Assembly: GCA_031835245.2 (NCBI GenBank)
Contig: JAVKOQ020000079.1
Location: forward strand, 124,001 to 188,000
Source of the DNA: Balamuthia mandrillaris
Lineage: Eukaryota
Direction: 5' to 3'
DNA length: 64,000 nt
Shown here in pieces: positions 1-11,300 of this stretch; positions within the stretch are counted from its first letter, which is position 1; each line of letters begins with the position of its first letter. The translations under genes and the position numbers were made by a program. The notes below the pieces were generated by a model, which was not told the DNA's origin, searched no databases, and saw only the letters and a program-made list of their open reading frames with translations.

Positions 1-1788
1 ATGCCCATCAAGTAGGAAAGCAACGAGAAGACGTTCGTGAGAGAGTATTCGACACTGTTGATAGTGCCTCGTTTGTTCTCCGGTACTGCCTCTTGCATGA
101 TTTGACGTTCTCTGATGAAAGAAAGACCAAAACAAGATAAGATAGAAGAAGGCAAAAAAGAAAAGCAGAATGGAAGGAAACATTACGCAAGATCGAAGCT
201 CCAAAGTCCTACTCTTGAGAGAATAAGAAACACAAGGAACATCCAAATGGCAGAAGCCTCCACAAACGACTCTCCAACATCCCAATGCAACCATCTTCCT
301 GCGCTCTCCAAGGTACTCATTATCACCGTCCCTCGGGAAGCAGCACCAAAGAAGAACAGCAAGCAGATCACCAAGCAAAAAGTCTGTTGCCATAGTGAAT
401 AGAGTCCAGTCTTCTCCTTGCCGTAAATTGTGAAAAGAGAGGGAGTGAGGAAGGTGGAGATCATGCCGACGGCAGCGGACACGGCCTGAAAGAGAGCGAT
501 GCTCAGCTCGGAGAGACCGTGAGCGAGGAGAAAGGCGGAGAGCAAGGCACCAGGAGCTAAGGCTGTGAAGAAGAGCAAGGAAAAGGCGAAACTGGCTAGG
601 AAGACCTCTTCGGTTTGCACGTAGGTTTTCCAGCCTTTATAGAGGTTCACAAATGGATTGCTCTTCTTCTGGCTTGTTTCTTTTGCTTGGGCTCGTGTTT
701 CTCTCCGTTGTATGGCTTGTTCTTCATCTTCGGTTTCAATGTGTTGTTCTTGGTTGCGTTGTCTCGCTTCTGCTTCTCTTTCTTCTTCCTGTTCTTCATG
801 TGGTTCAGTCGCAGAAGACGTTGCTGACATCAAACTCGTTTTAAGCTCTTGCATTTCTTGTTCTTCTTCCTCAATCTCTTCTTCTTTGATGACAACCGTT
901 GAAGAAAGCTTGTGGTGTAATGCTGGAACGCGATGATAGATGTAAAGCAACGCCAAGCTCTCTGGAATTACGGAAAGCACGTTCCAGAGGCAGACAAAGA
1001 GCAACGCTATCCGCGTGGAGGCGTAGTTCATGACGAGACCGAAAGCCACTGGCGCTGCCACTTTGCACAGCAGTCCTATTCGAGTTAACATTGCGTTGGC
1101 TGCTGTACTTTTCAAAACGCACAAGGAGATAAAAACATGTCAGTATTTGAAGAAGAAGAAGAAGAAGAAGAAGAAGAAGAAGAAGAACAAGAAGAAGAAG
1201 AAGAAGAACAAGAAGAAGAACAAGAAGAAGAACAAGAAGAACAAAAACAAGAACAATGTGAGCACCAGTCAGGAAGGTCTTGTTTTGCGCAGAGATTACC
1301 ACCACCCAGTCCTTGCTTACCGCGATGTTCTCAGCCATGGAGGCCAACGCAGCCACACCCCCAAACAAGTTGAGCACCCCAAACAAGCCCCAAATGGATG
1401 CCACCCTCCATCCCGCCTGAGGCTCCTCCTCGTCACCGTTACGCAACCACAAAAAAGCGTACAGGAGCAACGAACAGATGAACACCGACCCGTTCTGAAC
1501 GAAGAGGGACAGCAGCAGCACTTGCTTTCGCCCTTTGTGGTCGATCCATTGGCCCACCACGGTGCCGAACAGGACGCAGGAGAGCTGGCCGGTGAAGGCG
1601 AACAGGGAGGCCGGGAGGAGGGTGGTCGGAAACGCCTTGGTCAGCAGGATGGGCACAGCGAAGCCCCACATGCGGTCCCCCCAGCTGGACAAGAAGGTCC
1701 CCAAGTAGAGCAACCGCAGCAGCTTTTGGGTTTGCCGTTGGGGCATGGCCTCCTCCTCCTCCTCCTCCTCCTCTCTGCGTTCTTCCAT
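1..1788 (-). CDS. SLC40A1: Ferroportin (SLC40A1/FPN1/IREG family) metal exporter, multi-exon, 3' end outside the window
   Basis: Motifs LSSWGDRMW, KDWVVV, SRVGLWSFDLA|ERQIMQEAVPENKRGTINSVEYSL. GT-AG introns at about 108-186 and 1113-1263 join the ORF-track frames. Confidence 0.93.
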
Positions 1789-1979
1789 TGCCTTTGGAGG
1801 TTAGTTATGTTTTGTCTGTTGTGATCATGCCTCCTTAATTGTAAGGTGATGCGTCAGCTTTACCTGAATTTGCATATTATACACGTCACGTGCGTTATTT
1901 CTAGCAGATCAAAGTATTGATCTCCATCACCAATCAAAAATCAAAATTAAGGGTAACGATCTTAGAAAAGAAAAAAAGT

Positions 1980-2190
1980 GACCACGAGTGATGTCTCTCG
2001 TTGAGTCGTCCGTCGCTGCTTGAGGAACCGTCTCAGTTTGAGTCCTCCAACCGTTCCATTGTTTGCTGCTTTCATCTCTTCTGCGTTCCAGGGACAGCCA
2101 TTCTCACGCAACCACTTTTTTTTAATGTGAAACTTTTTCTCGAATTTCTACCTATAGTATTTGCAAAAGTTCTAACGTGTCCATGATTGG
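1980..2190 (-). pseudogene. Decayed 3' fragment of a giant-virus-type ankyrin-repeat gene
   Basis: Minus strand 2088-2117 encodes KWLRENGCPW, the repeat unit of the gene at 6503-8077. An out-of-frame GH/LELLQ remnant lies near 2160-2185. No start codon or intact ORF. Confidence 0.6.
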
Positions 2191-2478
2191 AGGAAAAAAA
2201 AAAGAGAGAGACAAGGAAGAAGAAGCCTCAAACGAAAGGAAAAGAAAAGTCCAACCACAGTTCCTTCTTGCTCACTCTTTCTCCTTTTTTTTCTGCTTTT
2301 TCTGGTCGTGTTCCCAACTCACGTCACAATTTCCAAAAATGGCATCAGAATCCTATAAAAGGATATCTAATTCGAATATTTGTCGATAAAATATCTTAAA
2401 AAGGGAAGGTCGACAAAAAATCCACAAAACAAAGAACGAAGGTTCTCTCTTTATTTTATTTTTCTTTTGTGGGGTTTG

Positions 2479-4394
2479 ATGGAGGAGACTACGACCAACG
2501 ACGCCGATAACAACAACAACAACAACAACATGGCGGAGATGGAGGATGAGGAGCTCGCCGACTTTGTAGTACTCGAGCGGGATCCTCCCGAAGAGTTTCA
2601 CGGGATGGCTTATCTGCCTTACGAGGTTTTTATGATGTTTCTCCTTTTAAAAAAAAATAACAAAATTACTGAAAAAAAAAAACAAATCTCTTTTGAACAG
2701 ATTTTACTTCAGGTTTTTGCCTTCCTGAGCATTCCGCAGTTGGCCAATGCAGGTAGTGTTTGCAAAGCCTGGGGCGCAGTGGCGGAAGATGACCACCTCT
2801 GGAAGGCTCTGCATGAGGAAGCCCAACAAAATCATCGGGTGGAGAATCACGGCTACGCCCACGGCAGAAATATTCGACAAAAGAGAAAGGGCATCAAAGC
2901 GGAGGAGAAGGACATATCGTGGAAGGAATACTTTAGACGGAAGTACGGCAAGAAGAAGGCCAGCCTGTTTGACTCGTTAGGATTGGAATCAAACGTGGTC
3001 GTTTCCTTGCATCTGGATAACTCTAACTTTTACGTCAACACTGGTACCTCTCCTTCTCCTTCTCCTTCTCCTTCTCCTTCTCCTTCTCCTTCTCCTTCTC
3101 CTTCTCCTTCTCCTTCTCCTTCTCCTTCTCCTTCTCCTTCTCCCTCCGTTTCTTGTAGGTGCTAAACTTCGTCGTTTTAACTCGCACAGAGGGCCAACTG
3201 TTGACAGGAGAGATAGCAGTAACCATTCGTCACCGCCAGATCGTTCACAATGGCTTGTTCCTTTGTCTTCAAGGCCTGGAATCCACTTATGAGACTAATT
3301 CTGAACACAAGCGGTCGACCAACCGTCGCACGTTGTTCGAGAAGTACTATACACTAAAGGGGTCTCTGAAATGGACTCAACGTCATGAACAGCAAGAAAC
3401 ACTCGAAAAAGGAACCTACCACATGCCTTTTTCTGCTACTGTTCCACACACTACTGCTGCTGGTATTTGTTCTTCCTTGTTCTCTTACCTTTGCTCTCCG
3501 TTCTTCTCTTTTTTTCGCTTTTATTTTTTATTTCTGCTTTCTTGCCTCTTCTTGCTTTTTCTCACTAATGAATAACCACCAGGAGAAGCTCTGCCAACGA
3601 ACTTTCATCGGACGGAGAAAGGCCTCCGCTTCTCCATTCACTACGAAGCCAAAGCGGTACTGGCCCTCCCCTGGCCCCACCTCAACGTCTGGTCTTCATC
3701 CTGCCCTCTGGCCTTCCACCTCTCCCCTCCGGCTGCCGCCCAGTTGCTGGTCCTCCACTCTGGTATCCACCGTCAGGAGGTCATCCATCCTTTCTTCCTC
3801 CGCGGTGGTCAGGTCCTCCTCCGCGTCACCCTCGACAGGAAGATCTTTCGCATGAACGAAGTCATGCGCGTAAACATCCACGTGGACAATTCTGAGAGCG
3901 CCCGCCCCATACAGGCTATCTATGCCCACATGGAGGAGCATCTAACCGCCACCCAAAACCAGAACGGTCGGAGCAAAACCAGAGCATTCCGGCTGGAGGG
4001 AGGCAGCAGGGGAAAGGTTTTCCCTGCACGGTTGGCTCCGGGAGAGGTATTGGACATGGAGGAGTCCTTTCCATTGGTGCCCTCAAGTTTTAAAGGCGGG
4101 TGCAGCATCTTCGCGCCAACCCTGATGCAGCACGAGTATCGCTTTGTGGTGAGGGTGCACTTGCCCTTTCCCTCCTTGGACTTTGGGGTGAGTTTGCCGT
4201 TGTTGGTGATGAGGCCGTTGGTGGAGGATTTGAACGAGAGGGAGGATGAAGAAGAAGAGGCGCAAGAAGAGGAAGAGGATGAAGAGGGCTTTGAAGATAA
4301 CGTGAATGAAAAGAAGGACCCGACAGTATCAGATATTGAAGCAGAGTTTGAATACGAAGATGATGGTGACGAAGAAGCGGAAGCCCAAGTCTGA
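2479..4394 (+). CDS. F-box plus arrestin-N/arrestin-C domain protein with acidic tail
   Basis: F-box LPYE|ILLQVFAFLSIPQLANAGSVCKAW. Arrestin-like LTGEIAV, LEKGTYHMPFSATVP, SIHYEAKA, VTLDRKIF, EYRFVVRV. Introns at about 2626-2700, 3044-3158 and 3462-3582. Confidence 0.8.
3048..3142 (+). repeat. Intronic (TCTCCT)n microsatellite
   Basis: Direct reading of the sequence. Confidence 0.95.
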
Positions 4395-4478
4395 AAACAG
4401 TGGCGTTGACGAAAGAATAGTCTTTCTTTTTTTCATACACTTTTTTGTACAGCAGCAGGACAACAAAGTTATTTGTCT

Positions 4479-4765
4479 TTATTCTGGTTTCTTTTCTTCA
4501 GAAGCATTCTCTGTTGCCCATTTCGCCACTTCATGATGACCATGCTCCTCGGCCACATAGTAAGTCTCCTCGTCCCAAGGGCGTCCATTCTCTCTCGCCC
4601 ATTTCAGCTTTCAAAACCTCCACATGTCCGTTCGTTGCTGCCCCGACACAAGCCTCCTCGTCCCAAGGACAGCCCACTTCAAAACTTCCCAATGTCCATG
4701 CCATGCAGCTGCTCTGCAAGTCATATTACCCCAAGGACACCCGTCCTCTCTGACCCATTTCAGCG
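4479..4765 (-). pseudogene. Frameshifted 3' fragment of a giant-virus-type ankyrin-repeat gene
   Basis: Reads LKWVREDGCPWGNMTCRAAAWHGHWEVLKW / GCPWDEEACVGAATNGHVEVLK / LKWARENGRPWDEETYYVAEEHGHHEVAKWATEN...* across two frameshifts. No 5' part. Confidence 0.85.
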
Positions 4766-4939
4766 GGTACTCTCTCTGTGCCGCCCACTACTTTTTTTTT
4801 CCACCTTTTTTTTTTGTTCGATAAACCCAACGGATTTTCGCGGAAAGTTTTAATTCTAGGAAATTTCGTTTGCCCAGCTGATGTCAGACTCCATTTTTCC
4901 CGCCAAATTTTTTCCCCAAACAAACCCGCTTTCATCAGC

Positions 4940-5010
<71 letters not shown>

Positions 5011-5011
5011 T

Positions 5012-5540
5012 GATGGAAGTTTTTCATGGAGAAGAAGAGGTAGCAGAGGACAAAGCGGAAGAGGCAGCCGCAGAGGAAGAGGAAGAAGCCGCGGTGTTGG
5101 TAGGAACGGTAGCGCTCACCACGACCATGATCTTTGTGTTTAGCCGTCATGACGGGGATCTTGGGTACTGCCTGCACTTTTTTTAATATCTTCTTTTTGT
5201 TTCGCATTGTTTTTTTTTTTAAGTTTAGTTTAAAAACTCAATCTTAAAAACATATTTTTAAAAAAAGGATAGTGCTCTGACGTTGAGGCAACTGATGAGA
5301 GCGATGGAGAAAGCGTTGGCGCTTCCCTCTGGCGCGCTTAAGAGCCACAAGGGGCTCATTCGACAGCTCCTTCCACAGATCGTTCAGGTGAGGTTTTTTC
5401 GTATGCTTTTTGTCTTTTCTTCTTTTTTTTTTTTCTCATCTTGGCAGAAAAAATAAAATAAAAAGGTGCAACAAAAGTTGGAAGAAAACGAAGAGAAGAG
5501 AGAACAAGGGACAAAGGAAAAGACGGCTCAGCCTCGAAAC

Positions 5541-5571
<31 letters not shown>

Positions 5572-5824
5572 AGAAAAAGAAAAAGAAAAAGAAAAAGAAA
5601 AAGAAAAAGAAAAAGAAAAAGAAAAAGAAAAAGAATTTGAAGAAGAAGAAGAGGAAGCAGAATACGGACTGCCCAGAGCAAACAAAACGAGTCCAACGAA
5701 AGTGTCTTTACGGCCGAAAAGATGTAGAGCCCAGAGGGAAAGAATGGAGTTCGAAGAGGAATTGAAAGAGCTCAACCCAAATGTCATTCTGGACTTCAAC
5801 CAGCGCACTCTTCGAAACCATTAA
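5012..5824 (+). CDS. DEK-C-like plus CHZ-like (HIRIP3-like) putative histone chaperone; frame uncertain across an (AAAAAG)n tract
   Basis: Exon 2 reads GDLGALTLRQLMRAMEKALALPSGALKSHKGLIRQLL (DEK-C-like). The C-terminus reads EELKELNPNVILDFNQRTLRNH* (CHZ-like). Introns at about 5165-5272 and 5388-5465. Confidence 0.55.
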
Positions 5825-5874
5825 ACAGACGAAAATGAAGGAAGGGAGTTGGTGAAAAGGCAACGTGAACGAGG

Positions 5875-6370
5875 ATGAACGGAAGAGAGGAGTTCGTCCT
5901 CGGCAAAGTCATCCAAGAGGAGCGCTCAGAAGGGCTCTTGGTATCATTGTAGTTTTATTTTTATTTTTTCTTTTTTTTAACGTGGACTTGCCCTTCTTGT
6001 GCTTCATTTGTTTCTTCATGGCCTCTCCCTTCTCTCAGGCCATTTTGTTCGTTATGCGCAGAGCTTCCAACGACAAATACTAATAATTGGACCTCAAAGT
6101 CATTTTGAAAGCTCTTCGCAATGGTTGCTATCGACTACAATGTTCACTTGGGTTTCTGTGACTCGGTGACCGACGTGAAGCAAGTGGAGGAGAGCATGGC
6201 GGACTGGCCTCTTCCGCTGAAGTCCTTTTGGCATCAATTCCAGTTGTACCGCTTGCAGGACCAACCCTGCTCCTGCAGGCCCATCCAAGGCTCCACCTAT
6301 TGTTTGAAGGTCAGCGACTATGGGTGTTGGGCCTCCGCTAAGCAAGGCTGTTGTCCCCTGGCCACAACTG
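5875..6370 (+). pseudogene. Possible degraded coding remnant of unknown family
   Basis: Coding-like composition with a GT-AG intron (about 5941-6038). The spliced frame hits TAA TAA and a frameshift before VAIDYNVHLGFCDSVTDVKQVEE. Confidence 0.3.
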
Positions 6371-6502
6371 CGGCTACTGCTATTGTTGTTAAGGGAGTGC
6401 AGGTAAAGAAAAAAGACTTGGGTCGAAGCAGAAATATTCCTTTATTCTTCTACTGTGTCGCCTTCTTCTCTCCCTCTTGGAAGGAACAATTCTTCTTCTT
6501 TA

Positions 6503-8077
6503 TCATTTCGATGCGTCCATATCTTCTTCTCTCTTTCGTTTTCTTTCTTGTTTGTCCTTCCCCTGGTCTTCCTTCTCTTCTTGTTCACGCAGCCACTGCC
6601 TTACAGAGGGAGAGAAATCGCTCTCATATTCGAGCAGTATCTTAATCTTTTTCCTTGGACAACCACGCTCCTCCAACCACTTCACCACCTCCAAACGACC
6701 TCTGTCTAGTGCTTCGTCGAAGGTAGCTTCTCCCCAAGGACATCCGTTCTCATGAGCCCAGGCCAAAATCTCCAAGTGTCCACGCTTTACTGCGCCGTTG
6801 GTGGTGTGGATGTCCCAAGGGCAACCTTGCTCATGGGCATATTTCAGCACGTCAAAGTGCCCATAGTAAGCCGCCAAGGAGCACACCCAATCGTCCCAAG
6901 GGCATCCGTTCTCATGAGCCCACTTCAGCACTTCCAAATGTCCTCCTTCTGCTGCCCTCGTGCATGTGTCTTTGTCCCAAGGGCATCCGTGCTCCCGCGC
7001 CCATTGCAATGTCTCCACTCTTCCACCTGCCGCAGCAAAGCTACAGGTATATTCAAACCAAGGGCAACCTCTCTCCCTCAGCCACTGGAGAACCCGCAGA
7101 TCTGGAGTGATGCACGGTATCTTCTCCCAGCATCCAACGCTCTCAAGCCACTCCAACAAGCGCAAGTACCCAAACTGGGCAGCGCACCGACTGGTTTGTT
7201 GGGTTATGGGGTAACCTTGTTGGTAGGCCCACTGCAACACTGCTAAATGTCCTTCCATCGCTGCACGCGTGCAAAAGTCGGTGCCCATACTGCATCCTTG
7301 CTCTTTCATCCACTTGAGCAGGTCCAAGTGGCCCGTTCGTGCCGCCACGGCAGCAATCTCCTCCTCAGTCCAAACACTGTTGGCACAACCCCACTTTAGA
7401 ACTTCCAACTTCCCATTCCTTGCTGCTCCCAGGGCTCCCTCGTAGTGGTGATTGCACCACCCTCGAGGCTTCCAAGAACAGCCTTGTTGGTGAGCCCACT
7501 GGAGCACTTCCAGATGTCCTTGGATGGCGGCTTTGAAAGTTGTCCACCCATCCCAAGGGCATCCTTGTTCTCGAGCCCACTGGAGCACCCTCAAATGTCC
7601 AGCTTCTGCTGCTTTGGCGCACGTCGACTCGTCCCAAGGGCACCCTTGTTCTCGAACCCACTGGAGCACTCCCAAATGTCCACCTTCTGCTGCTTTGGCG
7701 CACGTCGACCCATCCCAAGGACACCCTTGTTCTCGAGCCCACCGTAGCACCTCCAAATGGCCACCTTCTGCTGCTTTGGCGCACGTCGACTCGTTCCACG
7801 GGCACCCTTGTTCTCGAGCCCACCGTAGCACCTCCAAATGTCCTCCTGCTGCAGCCGCCATGCAAGTCTCTGCCGTCAAACAATAGCCGTTCTCCAGTGC
7901 CCATTGCAGCAATGCCACAGAGCAACAAACCTGCTTGCTGGACAGTTTGAAGCGGAGCTCCTCGGGACAACACTGAAACCATCGCTTGCAAGTCCTGGCC
8001 GCCACCGCCACCACCTCCTTCGGCAGGTCGCGTCTGAAAATCACCTCCAACAGCTCACACGGCAGGAGTTCTTCCAT
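6503..8077 (-). CDS. F-box-like plus ankyrin-repeat protein of the Pandoravirus/Mollivirus-type family (GCPWD..TC..AA..GHLEVLQWAR), intronless
   Basis: N-terminal LPCELLEVIF...AARTCKRW, followed by many 25-aa repeats. Near-identical 75-bp DNA units at about 7545-7845. Confidence 0.9.
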   Translation of the reverse strand: MEELLPCELLEVIFRRDLPKEVVAVAARTCKRWFQCCPEELRFKLSSKQVCCSVALLQWALENGYCLTAETCMAAAAGGHLEVLRWAREQGCPWNESTCAKAAEGGHLEVLRWAREQGCPWDGSTCAKAAEGGHLGVLQWVREQGCPWDESTCAKAAEAGHLRVLQWAREQGCPWDGWTTFKAAIQGHLEVLQWAHQQGCSWKPRGWCNHHYEGALGAARNGKLEVLKWGCANSVWTEEEIAAVAARTGHLDLLKWMKEQGCSMGTDFCTRAAMEGHLAVLQWAYQQGYPITQQTSRCAAQFGYLRLLEWLESVGCWEKIPCITPDLRVLQWLRERGCPWFEYTCSFAAAGGRVETLQWAREHGCPWDKDTCTRAAEGGHLEVLKWAHENGCPWDDWVCSLAAYYGHFDVLKYAHEQGCPWDIHTTNGAVKRGHLEILAWAHENGCPWGEATFDEALDRGRLEVVKWLEERGCPRKKIKILLEYESDFSPSVRQWLREQEEKEDQGKDKQERKRKREEDMDASK

Positions 8078-8234
8078 TGTTATGATAGTAACGTTTGTTA
8101 TCACGTTTGAGGTTTTTTTTTTTTTTCTATGTTCTATGTTTCGTCTCTTTCTTGTTGTTTGTTTTCGTTCAAACGAAACCGAAACCACCTGCAAGTGGTA
8201 ATTAACCATTACACGCGGACTTCAACGACGAGAG

Positions 8235-8274
<40 letters not shown>

Positions 8275-8375
8275 AAAAGACTCTCCGGTGTTTCGGCAAA
8301 ACAAAAAAAAAGAAGTGATTGATCATCTCTTTGTTGGCACAGGAGAAGAGAGGGCTCAATAACAAAAAAAAAACT

Positions 8376-11300
8376 TTACACCACTTGCATCTTTCTTCCC
8401 GAAGCACGCACTTCCCTTGCCGCTTCTTCCTCTTCGTCCATGTCTTCTCTCTCTGCTTCCGCATCCTCCTCCTCGTCTTCTGCCTCTTCGTTCCTCCTCA
8501 CCTTCAACTCCACATCGTACTCCTGATCGCAGCCGGCATAAGCATCCGAGATGAAGTAGAGCTTATACTGGTAGGTGCCTGCCTTCTCCGGCGCCACAAA
8601 CTCCAACGCCGCTTTGGCCTTTCGCTTCACCGCCAACCTCTTGATGGAGAGCAATGCGTTCGTCTTCGGATCGCCCAAAACTAACCACCATCCTTCTTGC
8701 CGGGTTCCGTTCTTTTGGTGTTGAGGGAAGAGAGGGGCCACGACCGTACCGATGGCAGCATCAGGAACGTCCTCGTCCACTTCTCTCTTGAGAGAGACGG
8801 CAAGGGTCACGCTGTCTCCCGCTGGAATGCCTCCTTTCTCCTCCTCATCGTCGAGTTGAAGCAAATAATCCAGCTCGATGTCAGGATAGGCGTTGCACAT
8901 GTGGGCCACGTCTTGCAGTTGAGAGGGAGAGAGTCCGGCAAGAATCTTGGCTCGGTCCTCGTCCTCTAAGTCCAAAATGTCGGCCACTCCCTCCACGCCG
9001 TGTTCCGCGCATCGCTTTAAGATCTCCTCGTTGAAGTGGGGGATCTGCTTCAAAGGTGAGTCGCTGCCCCACAAGCCTTGAGTGACCATCTGACAGAGAT
9101 CCATGCAGGCTAAAGCGGGGTTCAGCCAGCCGCCGCTGGAGATAACGTCAACCATAGCTTGGAGGAGGCGTGGCGCCATCGCGATGACCTCATCTCTATC
9201 TCTTTCGAGGTCGCTAGAGGGCAGCTTGTGTCGTGAGAGATGCGTTTGGAGGAGGACGTTGGCCTTGATGTGAGAATCTGGGTTGGAGGCATCACCAATC
9301 TTGAGGGGGCAGTGATGGGCTAGCTTGCGCAGGGGGGCAGCCTCCTTGTGTCGCACGCCAATGGCATCGTACTCGCTGGCGTAAGAGAGGATCTCGAGGA
9401 GGCCTTTGAGCTTGGTGTTGGCTTTGAGGGAGGAGGAAAACAGATCGATGGTAGTATACTTGATGTAGTAGTAGGCGGCAATCATGCCCAAGTTCAGGGG
9501 CATGAGGTCCATGTCGTTCTCTACCGCGATGCAGTTGCTGGTCTGTAGGTCTGTGAGGGTGTTCTCCACTACCTCGCTGAGATGGTCGGAGAGGTGGCGG
9601 TGAGTTACGCCCGTAAGGTTGTAGTAGTTGGGGTTCTGGCTGAGGCGTCGGTAGAGCAGGGTCCATGTGAGGTAGTCCACCGCATCCTGTTTGTTCTCTA
9701 TGGTCTTGGTCACAATCTCCGCATTCAAGTGGTCGTGCAGGAAGTGATCCAAGTGGGACTCCACGGGCAAGGGCTCAAAGAGGAACTTCTTGTAAAAGTC
9801 TTTCTTAGGGGCATGACACAGGATGACGCAGACTCCGATGGAGTCGCCCTCCTGCTGTGCGTTGTTGGGACGGCCCGCGCGCCCGGTCATCTGCAGGATG
9901 TCCGTGATAGGATAGTCGGCGTACTGCCTCTCCTTGCCTTCATAGTAGGAGGTGCCCATGATGACCACCAGGTGAGCACTCAGATTGTTCAAGCCCCAAC
10001 ACAAGCTGTGCGTAACGATGAGGATCCTGGCCGCTCCTGACTTGAAGAGTAGGTGCACGATCTTTCGGTCTTGTGCGGACATGCCCTCATGGTATAAACC
10101 GATGCCCACCGAAAGGAAATCCTTGGCCAGGCGGTTGCGCATGGGCTTGAGATAGGGAGTGATCTCCTCGTCCTCCACTTGCAGGAAGGACATGGGTTCT
10201 TCGGTGGAGGCAGCAAAGGTGCGAAGGTCTTTGGCCAGCAGGATAGCGTGCTTTCTGGAGGGCACAAAGATGATAGCTGGTTTGCCTTCCTCTCTAGTTG
10301 CCGACGATACAACTTCCATTCCATCTTCTTCGTCCTCTTCTTTTTGTCGTTTGGTTTTTCTTTGTTTAGCGTTGCCTCGACCAGCGTAACGAACAATGGC
10401 ATGAAGAGTGGGCTTCATCATTGCCATGAGACGAGCTCCAAAATGAGGATGATCAAAGCCCGTCACGTGGATCTCCAACGGGATGGGTCTTGCCTGAGCA
10501 TCAAAGTTGAAGCAGGTCTGACCGGTGGCGCCGATCCACTCTCCAGCGTCGCGGGCGTTGGCGAGGGAGGCTGAGAGAGCTAATATGCGAATGCGATGAC
10601 CGCCGCTGGAGCTCTCAGAGGAAGATATGTATCGCATGCGAGAGACGATGACTTCCAAGACGGGGCCGTTCTCTCCACCAATCAAGTGCAGCTCATCCAC
10701 GATGAATAGGTCCACATTCCTCACGTTCTTTCTGACATTCCAACGACGGGAGAGCATATCCCACTTCTCTGGCGTACACAGGATAATCTCTCCATGCTCC
10801 AAGAGAGCGAGGTCCGCGCTGGTCTCTCCGGTCAGCTCCACCACCTTTCGGCCCAATCTACGGCCGAACCGCTCCGACCAGTCCTCCATGCGCTCCGTCA
10901 CGATGTCCTGCAACGGAGCCACATAGACGCACCTGACTTTGGGGCGTTGGGCTGCAGCAGCGTCATTTAGCATCTTAAGGATGGCAAATTCAGCGCAGAT
11001 GGTCTTGCCGCTGCTGGTAGGAGCGGCTAGAAGCACATTGTCGTCTTTTTGGTATAGAGCGGGGAAGGTTTGCGTTTGTACTTGGTTGAACTCCACAAGA
11101 CCCATGGAGGTGTAGAGCTCCTCGTAGGCTGGATTCTCCAAGGCGGAGACCGGCAGGGCACGAAGATCTAGCAACTCGGTAGGGGGAGGATACTTCTCAG
11201 GAAGGATGAGATGACGGAAGGAAACCGGGAGGAAGCTCTCGCTGCCCAACCATCGGTCGGAGATCACTCTGATGTAGTATTGAGGGGGTAAGGGATCGTA

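Noticed and set aside
1789..1900. Iron-responsive element upstream of ferroportin
   Set aside because: No CAGUGN-loop hairpin is visible on the minus strand upstream of the ATG.
1980..2125. Pol III ncRNA or snoRNA ending in a T-run
   Set aside because: Better explained as an antisense ankyrin-gene relic (KWLRENGCPW on the minus strand).
1980..8077. Endogenous giant-virus insertion
   Set aside because: No viral hallmark genes (capsid, packaging ATPase, polB), and the interleaved genes are intron-containing host genes.
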